Source: Candidatus Micrarchaeia archaeon
Lineage (GTDB): Archaea; Micrarchaeota; Micrarchaeia; Anstonellales; J096
Length of the DNA stretch: 15,532 bases
Assembly (NCBI GenBank): GCA_041500865.1
Contig: JBGQMY010000023.1
Coordinates: forward strand, 1 to 15,532
Direction: 5' to 3'
Shown: one piece after another, positions 7,954 through 15,079 of the stretch
How positions within the stretch are numbered: position 1 is the stretch's first letter
Layout: each line of letters begins with the position of its first letter
Program-made: the position numbers and the translations under genes
The notes under the pieces: generated by a model
The model's database searches: none
Seen by the model: the letters and a program-made list of their open reading frames with translations, nothing else
Told to the model about the DNA's origin: nothing

Positions 7954-9509
7954 ACGACCGGCCCCCTTCTCCTTATCGCGGCCCTCATCATGGGCCTTGA
8001 TATGGTTATGTGTATCAGCGGTATTATCGTGCATACGGCAAACGCCGAAAGGAACATCATCTTGACGTTCCCGTCCGCAAGCGCGTTCTGCACCATGCTG
8101 CCTATCCCCCATACCTGGAACTTCGTGTTTCCCAATGTCACGTATTCGGCGATTATGGTCGTGTTCCATCCGCTGCCTAGCGCGGCTATAGAGCCTATTA
8201 TCATGAAAGGCATTATAAATGGCAGTATGGCCTTCCTTATGAACCGCGTGTTCTTTATGTCGTACAATGTCTTCAGGTCGTAAACATAGTTAGGCACCGA
8301 CTTGAGCCCCCCGTATATGTTGAAGAAAAGGTACCACTGGATGCCCGTCATCAGGAACAATATGGCGACAATCTCGAAGTTCCCGAAAACCGACACCAGT
8401 ATGAGGATGGCTGCCGGGAATATCGCAGACGCAGGTATTGACGACACGACCTCCGTGTACCTTATGATTCTCTCCTCTATGCCCTTGTTCTTCGTTATCA
8501 GGTAAACGGCAGGCACCACCCAGAGCATGGAAAGCGCGAACGCGACCAGTATCCTTGCCAGCGAGTAGACGAACGCGGACGCCGTCATTGATACGTCGCC
8601 AAGCGTGACGGTCGGCAGTATCAGGTAGCACACGTAAAGGAACAGCGCGAGGATTGCCGCTATGAAGAGCACTATGCCGTATTTTATGCCCTCCTTGGCC
8701 ACTATTATGCCGCTGTTTATCACGGGGCTCCTTGCCGCGACCGCCATGGGCTCTAAAACATGCTCCAAAGCCCACCCCACTACGGACTTTACGGCGCCTG
8801 AAAGGTTTATGCCCGACTTGGGCCTGGCGTCCAGCGTCCTGTCATACACCATTGCCTCCCTCTTCCCCTTCAGGTACCTGGACGTCATGTTCATCAGCGG
8901 CCTCCAGACGATTATGTCCATGAAAATGATGACCCCTGAAACGAGCAAAAGCCCCGTGAGTATGCCGCCCACGTCCCCGTTCTTTGCCGACGTCATTATG
9001 AAATTGCCTATCCCCTTCAGCTCAAAGCTGCTGTGCCCCACCGATATGACCTCGGTCGCTATCAGGAAGTACCATCCGATGGCCCAGGAAACCAATGAGT
9101 TGGAGATGAGCCCCATGGCGATATAGGGAAAATAAATCTTGAACAGCTTGTCGAATTCGCTTACCCTGAATAATTTTCCTATGTCCTTCATGCTTCCTTT
9201 CAACGAGTAGAACCCCTCGTAAACGGAAAATATCATGTTCCACACCATGCTGGTCACGATGAGGAATATTGCGGCTATCTCCACCCCTGCGCCGCCAGGG
9301 AACTTGTCTATGAAAAAGAATATCGCAGGCGGGAAGAAAATCAATATCGGTATGGCCTGGAGTATGTCCAGGATAGGCATGAGTATCCGTTCGATTATAT
9401 GCTCCTTGGCCATGTAATACCCAAGGACCAATGCCAAGACAAGCGATATCATGTATGCTGCCAGCATCCTACCTGTTGACAGCGCAAGGAACAGCAGAAC
9501 GTCAGCCAT
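7950..9509 (-). CDS. ABC transporter permease with two fused TM domains (NitT/TauT family)
   Basis: Duplicated permease halves (ILQAIPIL...GWYFLIATE and VVSSIPAS...GWNTTIIAE). Start MADVLL at 9509, with TTTAAAA at -30 to -24. Confidence 0.9.
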   Translation of the reverse strand: MADVLLFLALSTGRMLAAYMISLVLALVLGYYMAKEHIIERILMPILDILQAIPILIFFPPAIFFFIDKFPGGAGVEIAAIFLIVTSMVWNMIFSVYEGFYSLKGSMKDIGKLFRVSEFDKLFKIYFPYIAMGLISNSLVSWAIGWYFLIATEVISVGHSSFELKGIGNFIMTSAKNGDVGGILTGLLLVSGVIIFMDIIVWRPLMNMTSRYLKGKREAMVYDRTLDARPKSGINLSGAVKSVVGWALEHVLEPMAVAARSPVINSGIIVAKEGIKYGIVLFIAAILALFLYVCYLILPTVTLGDVSMTASAFVYSLARILVAFALSMLWVVPAVYLITKNKGIEERIIRYTEVVSSIPASAIFPAAILILVSVFGNFEIVAILFLMTGIQWYLFFNIYGGLKSVPNYVYDLKTLYDIKNTRFIRKAILPFIMPFMIIGSIAALGSGWNTTIIAEYVTLGNTKFQVWGIGSMVQNALADGNVKMMFLSAFAVCTIIPLIHITISRPMMRAAIRRRGPVV

Positions 9510-9532
9510 CGCCTTACTTACGCCTTGAAGGG

Positions 9533-9539
9533 TTTTAAA
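9533..9539 (-). promoter_or_regulatory. TATA box of the ABC-XPD-MFS operon (leaderless)
   Basis: TTTAAAA at -30 to -24 from ATG 9509. Confidence 0.6.
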
Positions 9540-9550
9540 CACTAGGTTTT

Positions 9551-9584
9551 TTGCCTTGCCCCAGTGATAATCACTGGAAGGCAA
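9551..9584. promoter_or_regulatory. Inverted repeat upstream of the ABC operon TATA box (possible regulator site)
   Basis: TTGCCTT-gcc-CCAGTGAT-a-ATCACTGG-AAGGCAA. Confidence 0.5.
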
Positions 9585-9589
9585 TTATG

Positions 9590-9630
9590 CAATATTCGTG
9601 CGAGATAAGCTTCATCTCTCGCATATATTG
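9590..9630. other. Imperfect hairpin
   Basis: CAATAT-tcg-TGCGAGA-(11 nt)-TCTCGCA-t-ATATTG. Confidence 0.45.
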
Positions 9631-9736
9631 AAAAATTTTGACCTAAAAACAGGCCATAATCCCGCCAAAACCCCAGAATGCATATTCTGGCCTCATTTTT
9701 GACCCAATTGGGGCATTCTTCACCTAAGAAAGAGGG

Positions 9737-9750
9737 AAATCAGGCGGCAA
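9737..9750 (+). repeat. 14-bp direct repeat, left copy (AAATCAGGCGGCAA)
   Basis: Identical to 11599-11612; spans the ankyrin 4 stop codon. Confidence 0.75.
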
Positions 9751-10303
9751 CGCACTCGCGGAATGGTTTCAGGAAACTCCTGACAACATCCGCGCCTATT
9801 AATTCCTGCATTTTTTCCAAGGACCTGAGGAACTGCTCTGCTTCAGCCGAATTATTTACTCCTCTTACAGCCAGCGTCAGCGCAGTCTCGCCGGCATAGT
9901 CCCCGTTTTCAGCTTTTGCACCCATATCCGCGCAGTTTCCGATAAGCAAGGCACAGGTTCTGGTGCGCCCGTTCCTTGCAGCCCGCATCAGCGCAGTCCA
10001 GCCAGCCCATCCCCGTGTTTTTTCAATTTTTGCGTTCACATCCGCGCCCTTTGCAATCAGAAAGGCGCAGGCTTCAGTCTGCCCGTGCTCCGCAGCCCGC
10101 ATCAGCACAGTCTCGCCCCTTTCATTCGTTGCATTCACATCCGCGCCGGCTTCCAGCAGCCTTTCAACCTCTTTGACATTGCCTTGCCTAGCGGCATCAA
10201 TTAGAATATTATTGAACTGCGCCAATTTCTCAACCTTGGCTATCTCTGCCCTGATTGGCAAATTCCGTGCAGGCACATTCTCCTGGAGCTTCTGTTTCTG
10301 CAT
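9740..10303 (-). CDS. Ankyrin-repeat protein 4 (about 187 aa; tail FLKPFRECVAA)
   Basis: GETVLMRAA, GWTALMRAA and GETALTLAV motifs; start MQKQKL at ATG 10303 after the element. Confidence 0.93.
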   Translation of the reverse strand: MQKQKLQENVPARNLPIRAEIAKVEKLAQFNNILIDAARQGNVKEVERLLEAGADVNATNERGETVLMRAAEHGQTEACAFLIAKGADVNAKIEKTRGWAGWTALMRAARNGRTRTCALLIGNCADMGAKAENGDYAGETALTLAVRGVNNSAEAEQFLRSLEKMQELIGADVVRSFLKPFRECVAA

Positions 10304-10335
10304 GCCTTTATTGTGCAGCAAAGGGATTAAAAATC
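10301..10335 (-). promoter_or_regulatory. Conserved ankyrin upstream element, copy 4
   Basis: GATTTTTAATCCCTTTGCTGCACAATAAAGGCATG. Confidence 0.8.
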
Positions 10336-10386
10336 AAGAGTAAAAAGAGTCACCTTTTCTGTCCGTGCCAATCCCTTCCGCAAAGT

Positions 10387-10426
10387 TTTTTAAACTATTG
10401 CCAGTTATATAGCTGCTATGGTAACT
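10387..10426 (+). promoter_or_regulatory. TA promoter with probable autoregulatory operator
   Basis: TTTTTAAA at -31 to -24; imperfect palindrome CAGTTATATAGCTG (10402-10415) and ATAGC-t-GCTAT across the start. Confidence 0.55.
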
Positions 10427-10636
10427 ACGATCCAGGTAAGCGAGGGCCTTGTGGACGCCCTGAAAAAAAGGAAGCAATACGGCAAGGAAAGCTATGAAGA
10501 GGTGATCTGGAACCTGGTGGAAGACGGCATGGAGCTGAACGATGAGGCAAAGAGGGACATCGAGCAGGCAAGGGCCGAGATAAAGGCAGGGAGATTCTAC
10601 ACGCACGAGCAAGTGAAAAAGAGGCTGGGGCTCTGA
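10418..10636 (+). CDS. relB: Type II antitoxin (archaeal RelB-like, N-terminal RHH)
   Basis: 72 aa with TTIQVS...ESYEEVIWNL ribbon-helix-helix and an IKAGRFYTHEQVKKRLGL C-terminus; directly upstream of RelE. Confidence 0.82.
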   Translation: MVTTIQVSEGLVDALKKRKQYGKESYEEVIWNLVEDGMELNDEAKRDIEQARAEIKAGRFYTHEQVKKRLGL

Positions 10637-10885
10637 ATGTACGAGCTGGTCTATTCCCCTGAAGCGCTGAGGCAGCTGGAAAAGCTGGACCGCAATGCGG
10701 CGGAAAGGATAATGGCAGTGCTTGAGCGCCTGAGGATAAGGCCCGAGTCATGCGACATAAAGAAACTTGTGGGAATGCGCGGATACAGGCTCAGGGTCGG
10801 CGATTACCGTGTCATCTTCGATATGGAAAGGGAAAGGCTGGCCATACTGGTCCTTAAGGTCGGGCATAGGAAAAACATTTACTGA
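10637..10885 (+). CDS. relE: Type II toxin, RelE/ParE family
   Basis: MYELVYSPEALRQLEKL...KKLVG..GYRLRVGDYRVIF...LKVGHRKNIY, a canonical RelE pattern. Confidence 0.93.
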   Translation: MYELVYSPEALRQLEKLDRNAAERIMAVLERLRIRPESCDIKKLVGMRGYRLRVGDYRVIFDMERERLAILVLKVGHRKNIY

Positions 10886-10921
10886 TTTTATGCCTGCGCC
10901 TGCCAAAATCCCTGTTCTGCG

Positions 10922-11572
10922 CTATTTCACGCACTCATGAAAATCAGAGAGGAAAGCCTGCATCCCTTCTTTGCCCATTGATTCTTGCAGCTTTTCCATG
11001 GACTTGAGGAATGCGGCCGTTTTCTTGTTGTCGAATTTTGCGGCCCATATGAGCGCAGTCCAGCCGTCATTGTCCTTTGCCTCGATGCTTGCGCCTTTTT
11101 CAAGCAGTAAAGCGCAGGTTTCGGTGTGTTCGTGCAATGCGGCATGCATGAGCGCAGTCCAGCCGTCATTGCTCTTTGCCTCGGTGCTTGCGTTGTGTTC
11201 AAGCAGTAAAGCGCAGGTTTGGGTGTGTCCGTTCCATGCGGCCCACATGAGCGCGGTCCAGCCGTCATTGCTCTTTGCCTCGGTGCTTGCGTTGTGTTCA
11301 AGCAATAAAGCGCAGGTTGGGGTGCGTCCGTTCCGTGCGGCAAACATGAGCGCGGTCCGGCCGTCGTTGTCCTTTGCCTCGATGCTTGCGCCAACTTTTA
11401 ACAATCTTTCCGCTCTTTTTGTTTTGCCGTTTTCAGCGGCATCCAACAGCATGCCATTGAGCTGTTTCTGCTTTTTCTCTGATAATGCCTTCTTTTGGCT
11501 TTCTATTATGCCAGCTTTGAGATTAGCTGGCGCCTTTGCCGGAATGTTATTCTGGAGCTTCCTTTCCTGCAT
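10922..11572 (-). CDS. Ankyrin-repeat protein 5 (about 216 aa; 3 repeats plus caps; tail FLSDFHECVK)
   Basis: GRTALMFAA, GWTALMWAA, GWTALMHAA and GWTALIWAA motifs; start MQERKL at ATG 11572 after the element. Confidence 0.94.
   Translation of the reverse strand: MQERKLQNNIPAKAPANLKAGIIESQKKALSEKKQKQLNGMLLDAAENGKTKRAERLLKVGASIEAKDNDGRTALMFAARNGRTPTCALLLEHNASTEAKSNDGWTALMWAAWNGHTQTCALLLEHNASTEAKSNDGWTALMHAALHEHTETCALLLEKGASIEAKDNDGWTALIWAAKFDNKKTAAFLKSMEKLQESMGKEGMQAFLSDFHECVK
11062..11358. repeat. 99-bp tandem ankyrin modules
   Basis: 11161-11259 and 11260-11358 differ at only 6 of 99 nt by manual count; the same module sequences recur in ankyrin genes 1 and 2. Confidence 0.85.
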
Positions 11573-11603
11573 GGCTTTATTGTGCGCAAAGGGAATAAAA
11601 ATC
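11570..11603 (-). promoter_or_regulatory. Conserved ankyrin upstream element, copy 5
   Basis: GATTTTTATTCCCTTTGC-GCACAATAAAGCCATG. Confidence 0.8.
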
Positions 11604-11612
11604 AGGCGGCAA
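11599..11612 (+). repeat. 14-bp direct repeat, right copy (AAATCAGGCGGCAA)
   Basis: Identical to 9737-9750; overlaps the outer edge of element copy 5. Confidence 0.75.
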
Positions 11613-11838
11613 TGCCAATCCAAACACGATGTTCCTGATTTTCATGGCTGAATTACGTGTCTTTAGGGCTATTTTATGCGAAGTGCCAAATTGGGCAGAA
11701 AAATGCAATCCACGTGCAATGCGAGGCATTCTCCAGACAGGGAAACAATCAGGGTTTGTCTGATTTCGTCATAATTCATGGAAATAATTAAAGGAAATGG
11801 GGCAGGCCATCGATTAAAGTTGCAAAATCCATGAAATA

Positions 11839-11846
11839 TTTATAAA
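11839..11846 (+). promoter_or_regulatory. TATA box of the surface protein gene
   Basis: TTTATAAA at -29 to -22 from ATG 11868. Confidence 0.6.
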
Positions 11847-11867
11847 CAATCCTAAGTTTAGTTATCC

Positions 11868-14732
11868 ATGCGAATCGATTGCTTTATCCTGGCCTTGGTT
11901 TTAGCCATTTCGATTCTGCCGTTTTGCCATGCTGACAACCCAATGGCTTCTGACGGGGCGATGTTCCACAAGTACCTTAGCCACACCGCATGGGACGGGG
12001 TTTCTTACACGCCCGTTCCAGGGATCAACCAAGCAAACTTTTCAATCGGTAGCACTACATGGCAATCCTCCCCTGCGGTGGCCAACGGCTACGTCTATGT
12101 CGGCAACTACGATGGCACCGTCTACCAGCTCAACGCGTCCAACATCAGCATTGCCAATACCTCGCCCCCCTCGAACGTCTCGTTCTCCCAGCCGACTCCC
12201 GCGAGCAACGTCAACGACTTCATCTATCCCATCACATTCAACATGACATCTGCAAGCGCAATGAGCACACCCGGCTACATCGAGATAGACGGGACGAACC
12301 AGACCTGCATCCTGGCCGCAGACAACCTTTCATGCTCCTATGCGCTGCCCTATGATTCGACACTGTTCAACCACACCTACTCGGCCAAGGGCTATGCGGA
12401 CATCAACGGGACGTATTACCTCACGGACGAGACGAGAACCGTGCCTTATTACGGCTGCGGCAACGTGGATGCGAGCGGCACGCTGCTAGGCAACGTCAGC
12501 ATCAACGGCTCCACCTGCTTCACAATAATCGCGGACAACGTTGACTTCAACGGGAACGGATACACTGTCAGCGGAAATTCATCAAACGCCACCTACCTCC
12601 CCGACTTCGGCCTCAATCAGCTAGACCCCCGCTCCGGCGGCATCTATGCGAATGCGGAAAGCCTCGGCGATGGCCATGCCTGGAGAAACGAGACCTTGAG
12701 CAACTTCCGGATCGCGAACTTCATAGATGGCATCTATCTCGACACGATATTCAACTCCACAGTGATTAACGACACCTGCTATAATAACGTCGGTGCCGGC
12801 ATCGACCTCGACGGGGACGGCTACAACATCACATTCGTCAACAACACCGCCTACGGCAATCTCGGTTCCGGCTTCAACCTTCCCGGGGACAGCAGCGCCA
12901 ACAACACCATCGCCGGTAACCTCGCTTACGGCAACTTTTGCGGCTTCAACCTCAACTCCAATTCATTCTACAGCGTCACGGGCAACACCGCCCACGACAA
13001 TTACGCATATGGCTTCTACAGCTACATGGACGATGATATGGTGTTCTCCGGCAACATAGCCTACAACCAGTACGGATTCTGCATCTGTGCGGGCGACGGC
13101 ACCCCGCTCTCCTGCAACACCACCGCCGCCAGCCCTGGTTACGTCCTGCCCGATGACGAGTACTACATGCCTAATGACGGGTTCTACATCGTAGACTACG
13201 ACGACCTCTTCATCAACAACACCGCCTACAACAACACAAACGGTTTCAGCCTTGATGGGGACAACTACAACGTAACCCTCATCGGCAACTTCGCCTACAA
13301 CAATTCCAATGGCTTCTACAGCGACTACAACGGCAACATCAGCTTCACCAACAGCTCCTATAACGACTACAGTGACACCATCAGCTTCATCAACAACTCC
13401 GCCTACGGCAATCAACAGGATGGCTTCGTCCTAGACTCGGAAACCAACGACACGCTCCGGGGCAACTCCGCCTACAACAATTCCGGTTCGGGGTTCTACA
13501 TCTTCGGCGAAACCCTGCCCTCTGTCTCCTGCCCGGATTGCTTCGCCTCATCCAGCACCTACAACAGCCTCACCAACAACTCGGCCTACGGCAACGGCCT
13601 GTACGGCTTCCGCCTCGGCGTCAACTCCAGCAACAACAATCTCACCGGCAACGTCGCCTACAACAACACGGCGTACCAGATTTACCTGAGTGGCGCGTCC
13701 TCAAACCTGATATACGACAACGCCTTCAACGCTTCAAGGAGGCAGGGCGTGGCATATGACGACAATAATACGAATTCCTGGAACACCACAAAGTCCTGCG
13801 CGGCAAAGAACATCGTCGGCGGCAATTGCACCGGCGGGAACTGGTATTCCAATTATGCCGGAATCGATCTCAATAGGGACGGGATAGGCGAAACAGCCAC
13901 GTACGCCATAGGCCCGAATACGGATTATCTCCCCCTCACGAATAAATTGACTGGCGCCGCTTCCGCCCCATCAACCGCGTCCAACAATAACAAGGAACAG
14001 ATGTCCTGGTCCATCTCATTCAACTGCAGCAGCGGAAAGCTCGCTGCAACCAATTCCAATGGCATAGCCGGCATTGATGTCAGGCTGTTTGGCACGCAAA
14101 GCGCATATTCCGGCACGGGGCAATCAGACTCAAGCGGAACCGTTTCATTCATCGTCAGCGAAAGCGGAAGCTACAGGATAGACCAGCCTGCCATGGACGG
14201 GTATCTGCAGTATGCCTCAGATGCATTGGACCTTGCCCTTTGCCCTAACCAGCCGCCTGCCAACAGCACGCAGCCGACAACCGCGGTTACATCGGTGAAT
14301 CAAACCAGTAACAACCAGACAGCCAATCAAAACCAGACCGTAGCGCAAAACGAGACGCCAATTCAAAACCAGACCCCGTCAGGCCCAACCCCAGGGGATG
14401 CATCAGCCGCCATCTCAGCGGCCAATTCGGCCATTGGCCAGGCCATGGCGGAAGGAAAAAACGTAACGGGCGCACAGGACTTGATCAATGGGGCCAATGC
14501 TGCATTTGCCAATGGAAACTTCGCATCGGCGGTGCAACTGGCACAGCAGGCGGGCAGGCTTGCATTGAATGCGACTGCGCCACAGACCAACCAGGCAAGC
14601 AATGCCGACTCAACAGCAGCCAAAGGGCCTAACTGGCCCTGGATTGCGTGGGCATTGGTTCTGGTGGCGATAACAATCGGGGGATATTATTACCTGCTTG
14701 CGAAAAACGGGAAAAGGAAATGGAGCAAATGA
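11868..14732 (+). CDS. Large membrane-anchored surface glycoprotein with right-handed parallel beta-helix (NosD/CASH-like) domain
   Basis: Signal peptide, one PQQ-like blade, many N-x-AY[GN]N..GF beta-helix turns, NosD-type end (GGNWYSNYAGIDLNRDGIGE...DYLPL), Q/N/T-rich linker, Ala-rich helical segment, C-terminal TM helix with basic tail, and many N-x-S/T sequons. Confidence 0.88.
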   Translation: MRIDCFILALVLAISILPFCHADNPMASDGAMFHKYLSHTAWDGVSYTPVPGINQANFSIGSTTWQSSPAVANGYVYVGNYDGTVYQLNASNISIANTSPPSNVSFSQPTPASNVNDFIYPITFNMTSASAMSTPGYIEIDGTNQTCILAADNLSCSYALPYDSTLFNHTYSAKGYADINGTYYLTDETRTVPYYGCGNVDASGTLLGNVSINGSTCFTIIADNVDFNGNGYTVSGNSSNATYLPDFGLNQLDPRSGGIYANAESLGDGHAWRNETLSNFRIANFIDGIYLDTIFNSTVINDTCYNNVGAGIDLDGDGYNITFVNNTAYGNLGSGFNLPGDSSANNTIAGNLAYGNFCGFNLNSNSFYSVTGNTAHDNYAYGFYSYMDDDMVFSGNIAYNQYGFCICAGDGTPLSCNTTAASPGYVLPDDEYYMPNDGFYIVDYDDLFINNTAYNNTNGFSLDGDNYNVTLIGNFAYNNSNGFYSDYNGNISFTNSSYNDYSDTISFINNSAYGNQQDGFVLDSETNDTLRGNSAYNNSGSGFYIFGETLPSVSCPDCFASSSTYNSLTNNSAYGNGLYGFRLGVNSSNNNLTGNVAYNNTAYQIYLSGASSNLIYDNAFNASRRQGVAYDDNNTNSWNTTKSCAAKNIVGGNCTGGNWYSNYAGIDLNRDGIGETATYAIGPNTDYLPLTNKLTGAASAPSTASNNNKEQMSWSISFNCSSGKLAATNSNGIAGIDVRLFGTQSAYSGTGQSDSSGTVSFIVSESGSYRIDQPAMDGYLQYASDALDLALCPNQPPANSTQPTTAVTSVNQTSNNQTANQNQTVAQNETPIQNQTPSGPTPGDASAAISAANSAIGQAMAEGKNVTGAQDLINGANAAFANGNFASAVQLAQQAGRLALNATAPQTNQASNADSTAAKGPNWPWIAWALVLVAITIGGYYYLLAKNGKRKWSK

Positions 14733-15079
14733 AAAATGCCGGTTTTAGGGGCGTGTTCACGATAGACGCGCTGGCTGCCATGCTGCCAATCATCATAATC
14801 GTCTACATAGGGTTTTCGGCCATGCTGGCAAGGGCGGACGCGGCGGAAACGGCATACGGGAACGGAAGGGTCCTGGGCCTTCTCAGTGCGTCGGAAACCA
14901 TGATAAGGGAAAACGCGGTGTGCGAAGGCGGCGCATGCCATTACGGCTGGATAAACAGCACGGAAATAAGCGACAGGTATTCGGCAGGCGAAAGGATGGA
15001 AGGCAAGGACTGCATATACCGCATCGCCGCATACGGGGACGGCAAGGGCATAACGAAGGTTTATGTGTGCCATGATTAG
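14729..15079 (+). CDS. Small pilin-like protein with class III signal peptide
   Basis: MKNAGFRG/VFTIDALAAMLPIIIIVYIGF: basic-Gly cleavage site, acidic residue at +5 and a hydrophobic helix; ATGA overlap with the upstream stop. Confidence 0.68.
   Translation: MKNAGFRGVFTIDALAAMLPIIIIVYIGFSAMLARADAAETAYGNGRVLGLLSASETMIRENAVCEGGACHYGWINSTEISDRYSAGERMEGKDCIYRIAAYGDGKGITKVYVCHD

Noticed and set aside
1..11572. Diversity-generating retroelement as the source of ankyrin variation
   Set aside because: There is no reverse transcriptase or non-coding template repeat in the window, and differences between modules are not confined to adenines.
586..11603. Classical integron attC sites
   Set aside because: There are no RYYYAAC/GTTRRRY boxes with a long imperfect hairpin and no integrase in the window; only the architecture is analogous.
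11669..11779. Short minus-strand frame containing SGECLA, resembling the ankyrin tail
   Set aside because: It lacks the F-x3-F pattern and the motif is not terminal; too weak to call a remnant.
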